64,000 nt of DNA, taken from positions 179,180,001-179,244,000 of the forward strand of contig OX597814.1 in the NCBI GenBank assembly GCA_951406725.2. The letters are read 5' to 3'. How positions within the stretch are numbered: the stretch's first letter is position 1; every line of letters starts with the position of its first letter. The notes below the pieces were generated by a model. The model was not told where the DNA came from and did no database searches. It saw only the letters and a program-made list of their open reading frames with translations. Both the position numbers and the translations under genes were made by a program. This document shows positions 1 through 13,540 of this stretch, one piece after another. This DNA comes from Octopus vulgaris. Taxonomy: Eukaryota.

Positions 1-660
1 ATCAATGTAAAAGCTAAATGCCCAATGAATAACTTACGAGTTATTCGTACATGCATGAACCCTAGCTATTTAGAACTCAATTCCGATCAAGTATAGGGAG
101 CTTTATTTGAATTATTTCCTAGGTATCTCATTCTAATTACTTCAGTGCGCGTAATTCTGAGAAATCCTTGACAGGATTATTTACAAATGTTAACTGCATT
201 TCCATAGAAAGCAACGACCATAAGATTTAATTGGCTCTAACGATGATGCCGAAATTTCATACGTTACCATAGTGAGCCTCATTTGTTGACGTTCCTCTAG
301 CACGTGTTATTAATATAGTGGATACATAATACCTGCTATTTGCATCATACAATGATGTTTTCCACATAAATTTCAATGAAACTACTCTCAGCAGAGAAGC
401 GAATGTTGAAAGTAGGTTAAGTGTCTTTTATCACTGAATATTTGTCGTTTAGGACTCGTAATATTGCGTTTACTTGAATTAAACTTTCCCTATCGTGTTG
501 TTATTGTTATTAATGTATTGATGTTGTTTATGTTAAAATCCTGGAGAGCAGAGTTTAAGCTGACCTTTAATCAAAGGCATTACATCCTTTCTTTTTAGAA
601 TAATCTAAAACTACACTAACCGATCGCGTCCTTATTTAACGTGGTGGTATGTGATCTGTG

Positions 661-893
661 AAGGCGGCGATCAGGCAGAATCGTTAGCACCCCGGACGAA
701 ATGCTTAGCGGTATTTCGTCTGTCTTTACGTTCTGAGTTCAAATTCCGCCGAGGACGACTTTGCCTTTCATTCTTTCGGGGTCGATAAATTAAGAACCTG
801 TTACGCACTGGGCTCGATGTAATCGACTTAATCCGTTTGTCTGTCCTTGTTTGTCCCCTCTGTATTTAGCCCCTTGTGGGTAGTAAAGAAATA
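661..893 (+). mobile_element. tRNA-derived SINE, family A (octopus-type), full length with 15-bp TSD
   Basis: GGCGGCGA..GGCAGAATCGTTAGC head and B-box-like GAGTTCAAATTCC. Same sequence recurs at 21476 and 36318. Flanked by the direct repeat GGTATGTGATCTGTG at 646-660 and 894-908. Confidence 0.9.
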
Positions 894-1983
894 GGTATGT
901 GATCTGTGGTGATGGGTATTTAGATGCTTTTCGATCAGATCATTCGACTATGTATAAGTTCTATTTCCTGTTCGGTATTCATTCATCGATAATTCGAGCT
1001 GCAGCGTTTGGTGGAAAATAATATTAGTCTCAAAATATCAAAATGTTTTTATTGATATTCTATTAACACACTGTATGTTTAAAGTTTGTTAACTTCTTTA
1101 TCAACTACTTTATTTTATTAAATTTGCCATAAAGGCAGTACATAGAGTAAGGAAGCTTGCAGGCTGGACACAGACATTAATAAGATGAATGATAATGATA
1201 CCAGGATGATAAGGATGGGAGAAGGCGAAAAGCGCCCACCGACTTTTGCTTCTCTTTATCAACTACTTGATGACAGAATATTTCTTAGGTGGCTAAATTC
1301 AATGGTCGGCATATGAATTATTCTAATGTGCTCATGTGGATATTTAACAAAATAGTGATACATGCTATTTGCTTCATAGAATGAAGATAAAAAATATATT
1401 TCTTCGTTCAATAAAAATCTATACGCATGCGCCTACAAAAGGCATACGTCTAGGTCACTTACCTTGGTAGTAATTTAGCTAGAATGCACTGTGTTTGTTA
1501 TATTACAGCAGCACAAGAATTTAAACTTGATTATCGAAAATGAAAAAAAAAATAGAAAATTCACGAAAATTTCATATTTGCAAATTAATCATTTAAATTT
1601 AAAATATTCATTTTCTTTATTAATGATGAAAATTAATTAATAATAACTGTCTCAGGAATTAGTGAGTAATTTATTAAACCAATGAAATCTAAAATTAAAT
1701 ATTAGAATTAATGTGGAAAAGACAACTCGAGAGCAATAAAAAGTAATTCATGAAAAATATAATTCAATAACTGTACAAGTAGACAAAATAAATTATCCCT
1801 CAATATTTTCATATGATCTCTCTCTCTCGCTGTTATACCTGTCCACTTGTTAAGGCTATACACTTACAGTCAAAAAGAGATATTATGGAGACAATTGGGG
1901 AGTGAGTTGAGATTATGAGTTTGAAAACTGATCCGTATAAATCACTTAGAATATACAACCTGATACTTAAATTTATACTAAAA

Positions 1984-2375
1984 CTAGCAGTATTAGTCTG
2001 GCGTTGCTCTGGTTTGTTCCGATCCTTTAGAATTGTAAGTTTTGAAAAGTAAAAATTTTGCATTATGTAGCTTGTTATTCTCTTTAAGTGAACATTTTTT
2101 CTGGTTGAAATACACCGAAAAATGGCGACAGAGCGGTCAAAATATCATAAAAAATAGGGATTTTCATAGAAAAAAGCACCTTTTTGATGTAAATAATTTT
2201 TGTTGTTAACATGGCCGATTTGAATTTGTTCTTCTACGGAAGGAAGAGCAAGCTTTCTTCTATCACACTCTCAATTTTGGTCAACTTGCGCCGCAGGGGC
2301 ACGGAGGAGCTAGTGTTAGATGAAGGCTACCAAACCTGCCATACACAGCCAATGTCAGCTTTATATATATAGCGA
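1984..2375 (-). mobile_element. Non-autonomous Helitron-like element
   Basis: On the minus strand it starts A|TC..TATATATAAAGCTG and ends with a degenerate GC-rich subterminal hairpin (CCAGAGCAACGCCAG) and CTAG|T. Inserted between A and T, with no TSD or TIR. Confidence 0.6.
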
Positions 2376-2557
2376 TAAGGATGACATGAAAATTTTACCT
2401 ACATAAATGTAATTAATTCGTTTCTAAGCACAGAATTAGAATTTTTAAATTGAATAGTATAAATTATTTGCTATTATTTAGCTTTTAACTTCGTACGCAC
2501 TGATCAAACAGAATTCTGACCAATGTAACGAGATGCCAGATTCTTTTTAGTTATTTA

Positions 2558-3363
2558 CTAGCTTAAGGTGACCCGTTCTACGCGTGGGTGAGGGTGTGGT
2601 TGTTACTTTCTTTTGCTTCCTTTCTGTTTGTTATCGCCACATTCTCCCTTTTTGTTTCTCTCTCCTTTCTCTCTCACTTTTCCACTCTCTTACTCTTCCT
2701 TTCTCTCGGACTCTCCCTCGTTTTCTCTTACTCTCTATCTTTCTCTCTCCCATCTATAAAAAACAAACGATCTTGAGTAAATTGAGAAATAAAATATTTT
2801 GAAAGATCAATCATAAACATCAAGCAGTGACAACGGAAAACACACTTGCCTTTTGTACGTACCACTATTTGAGCGATTAAAAATAAGGAAAAAAGGATTT
2901 CTTTGTTAAATTTAGTCCTTACATTGGGAATTTTTCGACGATTGACCATGGAAAGGAAAGCTCTAAATAGGGGCTACATACAGCTGTAAATTTCTTTCAG
3001 AAAAAATGAAAACTGTAAACAATAAAAAATAAAACACAAAAGAACGTAAAAATGAGAAATTTTTTCAACTTCAAAAATCTTGCCTTAATTTTCAAAATTT
3101 CGAACCCATTTCTGCGCTTAAATTACAAATCCGCTTCCACTTTATCATGTTGAAAATTTGAGTCAAGTGTTCCCCAAAATCAATAAGATCCCGTTTTCGC
3201 ACCAAAGCAACTACTCAGCTCCCCAAAACATCTTCCAATTAATTTCTCATCTCAAGTTAACCCCTCCTGTAAATTTTAATCTCCTTCCAGCCCCATTTAG
3301 ACCCCTTTTTATATAAAAATCCAATTTGTATCATTATTCACCTTCTTCGTTTCATAGATTAGA
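2558..3363 (-). mobile_element. Second Helitron-like non-autonomous element (different family)
   Basis: Minus-strand 3' end CTAG|T at 2558-2561, preceded by the imperfect hairpin ACCC..GGGT (2571-2589). Putative 5' A|TCTAATCTAT near 3363. The 5' boundary is uncertain. Confidence 0.45.
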
Positions 3364-3384
3364 TTTATTTAATTAATTAATCAA

Positions 3385-3434
3385 TTAGTTAGTTAGTTAG
3401 TTAGTTAGTCAGTCAGTCAGTCAGTTAGTTAGTC

Positions 3435-3485
<51 letters not shown>

Positions 3486-3532
3486 CAGTTAGTTAGTTAG
3501 TTAGTTAATTAGTTAATTAATTAATTAGTTAG
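3385..3532. repeat. (TTAG)n/(TCAG)n tetranucleotide microsatellite
   Basis: Directly visible tandem array. Confidence 0.95.
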
Positions 3533-4346
3533 TTTTGTCAGTAATGGTATTACGTTGTGCAACGTTGCCTAATAACTGTTTCTAAAAGGTTATTCTATGG
3601 CTTGACGGAAAATCATCTCCTTGTTCCATGTCAAAGGAAAACATATACTCGTGTCATGGATTCTGTATTATATTTGAATATGATAAACGATCGTATCAAA
3701 TCTCAAACACTCTGGTAACTTACATTTTCTTTTCCAATAGAGATATCCAATATCATCAAATTGCTGTGATGCCGAATAAGCAATATCTGATTCAATGATA
3801 TTTTTGTCAAATGCATTCTGGCTGTAAGCTAATTCTATCATAAGCACTGTTCCAAAATGTTAAATGCAGGTGTATAGAATAGTTATTGCAGCCTATCTTC
3901 GATACACATTAAGTACAAATGTTTATGATGAAGTTTTTTGTCAGTTATAACGTTATCGAAAAATAGACTGAAGCTACAGATAAATTTGACTTCTATTTCT
4001 AGCATGAATAGCAAACATGTAAAAATTCCCGTTTGGCTTGTGTAGCACTTAGACTCTGATATCTGATTAGATCCGTTTCCATCATACGTGACCTTTGAAT
4101 TCGCGAACGCAAGAAGGCTGTGAAGACAGCTTAGAAAATCAGAAAAGATATGTGGCCAGAAGACAGAAAAAGAAAATTGGCTGGAAGACGGAAAAATTAA
4201 GTGACTGCTAATCGAAACCTGCACCTCTCAAATTCTGTTTGAACGCCCTGTAGCTCTAAGCCAAAGACTACCGAGGGCAGATACTAAGTAATAGATTTTA
4301 GAATATAAGAACATTGTGTAAGTAACCTTATTAGCGCCACCTGACT

Positions 4347-4573
4347 GTATTCTACAGAAAATAAAAGAATGTGAGAACGTAGGAAGTCGTTGAAGACAAT
4401 TCAGAAAATCGGATACAGAGTTCTCAGCCGGATTCTCAGACAGGCAACGTTCTATTCCGTGTGGAGGCTTACTGGTTACATTGTACTGTCTCGTAAGATA
4501 TATTTACTAAATTTTCTAAGCTGTCTTCACGGCATGCCTTCGTCCACCGATTCCTTTATTTTCTGTAGAATAC
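4347..4573. mobile_element. MITE-like element with ~63-bp imperfect terminal inverted repeats
   Basis: GTATTCTACAGAAAATAAAAGAAT at 4347 is the reverse complement (one mismatch) of ATTCCTTTATTTTCTGTAGAATAC ending at 4573. Pairing extends to TGAAGACA..AGAAAAT. Confidence 0.65.
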
Positions 4574-4601
4574 CGACACAAGCGACAATTCTAAGTTTGT
4601 T

Positions 4602-4648
<47 letters not shown>

Positions 4649-4838
4649 CAGTAATTAAGGGTAAAATCAATTAGTTATTAATTAATTTCACCAAGTACTG
4701 TTCAGCATGTAAAAGGACCATTCAAGGCGTGTTCAAAATATTACGTTATATAATTATATAACGTTATATATATATATATGTGTGTGTGTGTATGTGTGTA
4801 CGCGTGCGTGTGCGTGTGTGTGCGTGTGTGTGCGTGTA

Positions 4839-4880
<42 letters not shown>

Positions 4881-6091
4881 TTGAATATTTCATGTGTAAT
4901 CCATTCACTGAAGGAATATTTAGAAATATATTCATCCATATACTAAATAATTTTCCTTAATTTCTTTTAATAATTCCTATTTGAAGTAATTTTATTTTCT
5001 GCTTATGTCAATTCTTAATAATGTTTTAGCGAGGCCGGCAAAATACACAAAATCCTTTATCGACTTTATCCAAGTTATTAACTATAAGACTTTGATGACA
5101 GTAAAGAAAACTAACATTTTATCAGAAAAATTTCAACGTTAGTCGATATAAAAATCTCTGATAATTATATAAAGATTGCTTAAAACCGTCACTTCTTACT
5201 TACGATTACTAATATAAAACATATATGGGAAACTTCTGACAAAAATTGAATGTTTTAAAACTTGTACATATAATAAATATGTGGAGAAAATATTAACATA
5301 CAGGATGTTTAATTTGATTTAAATGCAGTAAATCGTAAAATGGCAAGTTTATCTCTGTGTTTCTATATCAATCTTCTTTAACCTGTATTCATGTCTTTAA
5401 ATTACGTTCAGTAATATCCGTAGGTGCACAAACTTTTATTGAAGTGCCCCCACATTTCTAATTATTCTTGCTGTCTGTATAAACCAATCAATAGCTGATG
5501 GCATAAAAACTTTGTAGATCTTGACTGAGTTTCCAGTTAACACGTTCTTCATGATTTGTAAATAGCTAAAAGCATACGAAATATTCCTAATTATCTAGAA
5601 ATAACGTGCATACATATTTATATACGTAGAAAACTGTACATATGTATGCATACATATTTGTGTATCTGTATATCTAGATGTATGTGCTGTCATGTGTTTA
5701 TAAGCATATGATTGTGCATGTATGTTACTATGCATGTGTATGTGTGTACATATTTATGGATATTAGTGTATAACCATAACAATCAAGAGAGACTTCCATT
5801 ATCCTCTAGTAAGAATTATCAGGGATATTTTTCACTCATTAGTGAATATAATTAATACTTCAATTTGAGCTAAGATAACGATGCAAATTGCTTGTCTTCA
5901 ATAAGCATGGCTTAAAAGTTTTAATTCTCCTGACTTCCTGTTCTGATGGGTGCGTGACATAAATTCAAGATTTTAAATATCCGCAAAAATTCAAGAATCT
6001 CATCTAGCTTATCTGTCTAAAACACTCAATAGAGGTTGATGTTAAGATGTTAATTAGATTGTTATAACTGGATATACATACATAGATACAC

Positions 6092-6132
<41 letters not shown>

Positions 6133-6175
6133 TGAAAATAAAGCGATCAATGCAATCATGTCATCAGAACAAAAT

Positions 6176-6217
<42 letters not shown>

Positions 6218-7362
6218 TGTATGTATAGATAAGTGAACGTATATGTTTATGCATTAATTTATGTATATAAATCCCCTACTTTTATGTTATTTTGTGGTAC
6301 ATTATTTTATGCATATCATGCATGTCACTGTTTTACAATCACCTTCCAGTATTTCAGCCATTTTCAACGCTTTTGTTTACAGATCTGCTTAAAGTTACCA
6401 TAGGAATCATATATAAAACATGAAAACACAAATTCAATATATTAATATTTTTTTTTCTATAGAGCTATTCAATAAAATGAAGCCTGAGACAATTATTTAA
6501 GAATATTAAGCCTATTTCTTAGACAAAGATTCAATATTACCTCTGAAATTATCCATCAAGGATGATTCCGTAACATGGTTAAAATAATATTTTTTCCTGC
6601 TATTCTTAAATGTCTATTTAGCTTTGTTATACAATAATAAAAAAAATTGAGATTGAACACATCAAGCTATTCTGTATAAGTGAGTCATAGTTTTCGAATG
6701 AGAGCAGGGGTATATAGAAACTATTCCTCTCACAACCAAACGCGTTTGTAAGCATTCTTCCAAATCGAACTCTCTAAAAGAAAAAGAATGACACAAATGC
6801 ATCAATCAAATAATTAGCACAAATTTTCAGACTCCTTCATCTTTAACCTCATATTTTAACTTATTCCTTCTTTCGGAAATCACATTGCGATGTCATGATT
6901 GCATTGATCGTTGTATTTTCACTGATATCATTACAACCACTACCGTATGCCGAGTAATTTTTCTGCAAAGTTCTATTTTAGTGTCAGTGAAGGAATTATA
7001 TTTTCAATAAGATTTAATTTATATATTTCATTTTTAATGAGCTGTGTGGCAGTATATGATACAGCTCACAATGCAAAGGATAACGTCTATATATTTCTCT
7101 CTATAAATTAACCTTGGTTACTATTAGATATATTCGCCTTAGATGCGTTGTACAAGTTAAATATGCATTCATATAAATATACACAGTTTCTGTCCCTCCT
7201 CTACCACTCTCTTCCTTGCTCTCTCTCTTTCTCTCTCTGTTAATATCACTCTCTGTATAAAGACATATACACATGCATATATACACACACATATATGTAT
7301 GCATATATATACATATATATATACACATATGTATCCACACTTATAAACACACACACACATAT

Positions 7363-7405
<43 letters not shown>

Positions 7406-9304
7406 ATGTGAATGCACATGTATGTGAGTGAGAGCTAAATGGAACTAGAGGATCAGTAAAATTAGTTGACGTGGCTTCCCTAGATTGGTGTTGTAGTTGA
7501 TGCAGACCGTATCTAAGCAGGAAGCCTGAGTCACTAGCAGTCTTGATTTTCAAATTAATCTCCACCCCTAAATCCAGACACCACATGCGTTCTGAAAAAT
7601 TATTTTCAAATTTTGAAATGAATCATTAGTTACTGCAGAATTCTCCGCCAGGGTTTTGCTTCGTGCCTACCTCTCTAAATAAGTATTTTTGTGACGTATA
7701 ATCGTTGTGTAACGTGAGATTTTTCAAAGAAAAGAATATTAAAATATTTGAATTTTCATTGGTCAAGTTTAATATTAATATACGTAATGCCAAGACTGTA
7801 GAAACTTTAAATAGCTGAATGGCTGTTGTTTTGTTGATTTTTTCTTCATATACGGGAGACGATATCCGACATATCATTACCCCTACTCAGTGATGTATAA
7901 CATTCATTTTACATATAGATGAGAAAAAACACTAATGAAATGAAAATGGCAGTACAGGTATAGCTGCAGGAAAATAGAAATATTCATGGAATAAAAGTTA
8001 TTTTCAGACAATATATACAAGAAAATTACTGAATTGATAAAGACTGAAATGATCTAAGTATGATATAAATCTTGCCCCATAATTGCCGAAAGAATAAATG
8101 TAATATTAGTCACTGAATACCATTATATTCTCCTCGAGAACTATTATACTCTCATATTAAATTTGTTGAGTTTTTCTTTTTGTATGCAACACTGACTCCA
8201 ATATTGATACACTGAAATAGATTTTTCTTCGTGTGTATTATAATTCGTGCATATTTCTATATAGCTATTATATTAGTTTTTTCTGAAAGTTTCTAAATAA
8301 TGGTCAAATCTGATGATATTCAAGAATTAGACATTAGATTTTTTTTTACTCTGAATCAATTTTCTGCAGATTAAAAACAATACCTATACATACAACGTTT
8401 CTAGACAAAAAAGGAAATAAAGTTAGTGTGGCCAAAATAAAACGCAGAAAATGAACTGTATTTCACGGCAACTGAAACAATGTGAAAGGATTTGTTGTAT
8501 GCAAACTGTAATACAAATACGTAAGACAAAATTCACTTAATATAATTTTCAAAGAGTTGAGTTTGTGTCGTATTCCGAACAAAGCATGAAATATTCAAAT
8601 ATTCAAAAATAAAATTTCAGAACAATAATTTATAATACATTAGAAATTCATTATCTTACGTGTATTCATTTAGTAGTATAAACAACTCTATTCCTGGGTG
8701 AATTACGCTTGCTTAAATAATATCAGAAAGGTCTCCAGAATGCAGGACTCTCTTATAGGATATCTCGTTATACGAAACCCATTGCAAGTAGTTTAATAAG
8801 ATTTGAGTAAAAATTATATTAGACACAGCCAGAAGACTGGTGGTTTTTGAGCCGATTTTCTATAGGAGATAGCAGTGCGAACATCGCATAATGTGCAAGG
8901 CAAATGTTTTCTTCATAAATAAGGATAAAATGAAACTCCATCGTAGGTTGTTGATCTCCAGCATTAAATTTATTAGTACTAATCTGACTATTGTTGTAGC
9001 ATGATGATGATGATAGAGCTTCGCAGATTAGGGAAATTCCTATTCGTATTTGAGACGTTCAATTTACTTACTCTGTTTAATTTGATAGAAAACTGAATTA
9101 TTTAAATTAATTTCTGCTGTTCGGCATTTCGATGCGACGCAGAACAGAGTAAACATTCTTAATTTTCCACTACGATATTAATGCAGCTAATATAAAATGC
9201 ATAAGTAGCAAAGTTTTCATAACATATACAACACATTTAACGAGTGGATGTTGAATTACATATGCTATAGGGTATTTTAATAAACGCTCAAGTTACAAAA
9301 TATG

Positions 9305-9460
9305 ACGACCGTCTTCCAGTTTCTGTCTACCAAATCTAGTAGCAAGAGTTTGATCGTGCTGGTGATATAGAAAACGTTTGTCCAAATGCTGTACAGTAAA
9401 CTGATACCGAACGCATATTCTTAGGAATACACCTTCTTACCACACAGCCCTACCTGCGCT
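9305..9460 (-). mobile_element. Degenerate SINE family B, 5' portion
   Basis: Reverse complement resembles the GCGCAGG..GGCTGTGTGGTAAG head and the GATTTGGTAGAC.GAAACTG body of the 28031 copy. Confidence 0.6.
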
Positions 9461-9491
9461 TATGCTGTTTTTTTTCTTGATAATGAATATT

Positions 9492-9646
9492 GATTTCAAA
9501 TTTTGGCACAAGGCCAGTGATTTCGGGGAATAGGTAGATCGATTATATCAACACCAGTGTACAATTGATTTAATTTATTGACCCCGAAATGATGAAAGGC
9601 AAAGCCTATCTCAGCAAAATTTGAACTCGAAACATAAAGACGGACG
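9492..9646 (-). mobile_element. SINE family A fragment (alternative-tail subfamily)
   Basis: Reverse complement contains GAGTTCAAATT..CTTTGCCTTTCATC and the tail GCCTTGTGCCAAAATTTGAAA. Confidence 0.7.
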
Positions 9647-10127
9647 TTCTGTAATTAATACCAAAATTATATGAAAGTCGGCAGTAACATTGAGTTACCG
9701 AATTACATGTATCCTCTGATTCCGCCGTCTAAATTCGAAATCCAGATCCTACATATTTCGACTTATTGTTGTCCTGTATCACTTCAGCGATAGATATCAC
9801 ATCCAACTCTTGTTTTTAGAAATATTTCATCTAAGACTATATTAATCAGTGCCTCCTTCCTCTATTTTATTTTTGGTCAAAGATAAAGTAGAAGTTGAAT
9901 GGAAATTAACTACTAGCTAGAACGTGTAAAATATGTCTTGGGGATTTACTCTAAAAATATGTATCCAGCTTTTGATAGTCTTTAATGAAAAATATTGGGC
10001 GATCCCATAACTAGTGCGTGCGGTATTTTGAATTGCATGAACTAAAAGTCGGAGGGGGACAGGATAAACTACCTCCATCAACTTGCTATAAAAGCAGGTA
10101 GTAATTTTACGGTGTCCTTATTCTTAG

Positions 10128-11452
10128 TGCAGTTGGTACCTGGAGAGGCAAGTCGATAACGCCCAACAGTGTCGTCGGACGTTGGATGGAGGGGTCTGGT
10201 TCGGTCCAGACCTCCAGATAAAGAAAAAGTGGAGTGACGTCAGGACCAGAGTGGTCTGAGCGAGGCTAACCCTGAAATTGAGGGTGGATGTCGCAAGTGC
10301 ATTTATCGCATCTGTGATCACCTAACGCTTAACTGTCGTGCTTTGCCCCGATTCGAGTTGGAACGATTGCGCTTCCGTGTATTGTGGAAGGACAATGGAC
10401 TTCTTGTAAGGCGCTATATCTGTTGCCAAGAACTGTTAAACAGTGGGCTAGGGATGCTATGGCTGATGATGCGCATCTAACTAAGGCATCTTTGGTTTTA
10501 CCTGGATGGTGAACAGGTGTGGTCTCCGTTCGTCAAACCGCTGCTTCCTAAGTTCACTAGCATCAAACGTAGTCCAAAGTTGGGTATTTGGCATGCTGAG
10601 TGTCGTAAGGCGTTCGTGCTCCGCCACCTCACGGGTAATGCTGGTAGCGAGGGTTCTACCCCGTCATTCTATAGAGAGTTGGTAGAGGCCAAGTGTGATG
10701 ACACCCTCGGGGACATCCTGGGCTTCGAAATTGGTGAACAGGCCAACCTGTTCCAAAAGACATTCGGGCCGGGACCTTGGACAACTTCCAGAGGTCTCTA
10801 GCCTGGCAATGTTACCGAGGAGCCTTACCAGGTCATGATAAACTTGCAAAGCACGGTGCCTCATGCTCAACCACCTGCCCAAGTTCTGGGCGGGACAGCG
10901 AAACTGTGCCGCACGCATCTGTGCAGTATTCGAGGATTGTAGACCTGTGGGTTTATGTCGAACGGCTGCTGTCACGTATAGGAAGAGTACAGCTGTGTTC
11001 TAAGTCAGTTAGAAAGATTGTTCCACCTACCTCTCTAAACAGAGTAGGATAGGCTTGTTTTCTCGTAGTGGTCGCTATGATGAAAGAAGCTATCTGGAGA
11101 AGACGTATGAAAGGATTGGTGACAGGTATCTTCATCACTGGTGAACTTTTTTGTTTTCCAACTATGAAGGAAAATATGGCTAGAGAGGAGGTGCCTGTAA
11201 TCGGATACATGGAACCAAGTGGGTATGAAAGGTCCTGAGTGAGTGTAAATCATAAAGGCATGTAAAAAGGTCCAGTGGAGGAATGTGGCTAGCGGGGTCA
11301 TACCCGTCCCCTATTTCATTTTACTGTCTTATTGTTTGTTTTTGCATCATTTCAATGTCACTAATTTTTAACTGTTCATTTCAATGTTATCCCGACACCG
11401 CGTTCAAATTGTATCGTCCAATCTATGTTTGGCCTTTGTAGCTGGAATAAAA
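10128..11452 (+). mobile_element. 5'-truncated Tx1/L1-clade LINE (decayed ORF2 C-terminal half plus 3' UTR) nested in the mariner
   Basis: End-of-RT motif GVWFG..W and zf-RVT-like LAWQCYRGALP..CP..ETVPHA. Homologous to 50796-51992. 13-bp TSD TCCTTATTYTTAG at 10115-10127 and 11453-11465. Confidence 0.85.
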
Positions 11453-11514
11453 TCCTTATTTTTAGCTCAGGTTTTGAAGGGTGCGATTTTAACAGTTATT
11501 TTTTCAAAGCTATA

Positions 11515-12181
11515 ATAGAAGTGACAAAGGAACATATTCAGTCCTTTTTTTAAATTTATGAGTTCAATAAAGGCAACAACATAACGGTAAGTGCGAGGAA
11601 TATTAATGCAGTATATAGGGTTCGGACAATACGTGTAAGTCAGTTTCAACGGTGGTTCCAGAAATTTCGAGCCGGAAATTACAGTCTAAAATACGAGTCT
11701 TATCCTGTAAGATCTGCAGAGCTCAATGAGAACGCCCAGCAAACTCTGGTGGAGCAAACTCTAGTCTTAACTGTTGTGTAACTACCAGAGAAGGTTGGAT
11801 TTTGTCATTCAACTATTCATTGAAACCTGTGTGCCATCGGAAACTACCATCTTTGGTTTCAAGACGAAAAGTGTTCTTCCATCAGGACAATGCTTGGCCA
11901 CATACAGTGAGGATGACATTCCAGAGGCTGGAGCAGTTTAAATGGGAAACAATACCCCACCCAATAAAATCGCCGGACATTGTTCCATCTGATTATCATT
12001 TATTCCGCAGTCTTCAAAATCATTTCGAAGGAAAAATATGAATTCTGTAGACGAGGTCAGAACAGTACTGAAGAAGTATTTTTCATCACAGATAAATGAA
12101 TTTTGGAGGAGGGGCTTTACAAGTCTACCAGATAGATGGGAGAGCATTGTAGAAAATGAAGGAGAGTATATTTTAGAATAA
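11515..12181 (+). pseudogene. Mariner transposase pseudogene
   Basis: N-terminal HTH remnant (..RWFQKFRAGNYSL..) and HQDNAWPH..SPDIVPSDYHLF with exactly 34 residues between the two Asp. Has frameshifts and a central deletion. Confidence 0.88.
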
Positions 12182-13288
12182 AAAGAACGTCGCGTATCTT
12201 AATGTTGAAAAATAAAAGTATAAATACACCGCATTATTTATGGGATACCCAATATATCAGTTGCCATCTTTTATCATATTTTCACATTTAAAACATATTC
12301 GTGGAATATAATATATTGATTTATAAACACAAATAATTTTAATTTCAAGAACTTATTCTTTTGGTAAAAAAAAGATTTAGTGAAATCGATGAAGTTTACT
12401 GGCGACAGTATACAAGTCAATCAGAATAGTCTTTTGATAATCCTGATTACTGTAAAGCATAAAATGTATGCTATACCACGAGTCGTCTCAATCTTTTTCA
12501 TAGTTTAGGTTCTCATTATAGATAAACGGACTTTCAAAACTACTGCTAACATGGGTATTACTTAGCATTATATAAGTGGGTATGTCTATAGGTGCACTTT
12601 ACTCGATTTCCTAAAGCACTTTTCACAGCTATTCTAATGTATTTGAAATTTTCTAAAAATATTTTGATATAAATACAGTGATTTCGAGTGAAGCAATTGA
12701 AAGATTAAGAATTAGAAAATGCATTAGCTCAGTATGGTTTATATTTTGAATTAGCAGTCTTCTCTCTGCTTTTTGACATACATGTAAGTATATATGTAAC
12801 TGATTTGCCTCGATGACGAAGGTAATATTATGTGCTGCACCAGGCTGATAGCCCGTGTTAACAAATAAACATGGCGTATGCAAATACGAAATGAGACCAC
12901 CCGTCTATAGGCACTATTCTCATATATATCAATTTAATACACAGCTGAAAGAGCTACTAATTGTTCCATGTTGTTATAATATTTGAACAGCCATATTTTT
13001 AAAATACCCCCTGTATCTTAAAGCAATATTTCAAACTGTTTAATCGTTATACATACATATTAAAAACTATGACGCTTGGCAGTGAGAAAATAAAAATATG
13101 TGGAAAAAATGTGGTGAGGGTTGGTGCTAAAAATGGAACGAGAAAAAGAAAACGAAATCAAGAAAACTAAGATCTTCATCCTCCGTGATTGTAGGAAGCT
13201 CACTAGATACAACTGGTATAGAACAAAATAACAAGAAATACGTCAAAGTCTTGGATACAACAACTGAATCCGGACTGATTAGTTCCCT

Positions 13289-13540
13289 CTAATTCGATAA
13301 ACGAAATCTGTCCATGTGTCTACACCGGCTAAAAATCTCAGGTCTGGAATTAAGAAGTGTGATGGGAGAGCAGGATCCAAGAAGAATAGGAGATCATTCT
13401 GCTACGCATAAGTTGCATTCCTTAGATCCTTTAACCTGGCTTGGATTTCTCAACTATTCTCCACTTAATTGTATGTGGTGTGCAGCTGTTCCTCTAATCC
13501 CATACGTGGCTAGCCGACTTAATTGCATTACTTTTAGCTA
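13289..13540 (-). mobile_element. Penelope-like element, ORF C-terminal remnant
   Basis: Minus-strand translation LASHVWD*..IKWRIVEK..GSKECNLCVAE*..LLNSRPEIFSRCRH..FRL* matches the CxxC..LNxRxE..CRH tail found after Penelope GIY-YIG domains. Confidence 0.75.

Larger units (their letters stand above)
9995..12252 (+). mobile_element. Mariner (DD34D) transposon, internally deleted, interrupted by a LINE
   Basis: Imperfect TIRs TTGGGCGATCCCATAACTAGTGCG and CGCATTATTTATGGGATACCCAA, with TA on both sides. Contains a transposase remnant. Confidence 0.88.
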
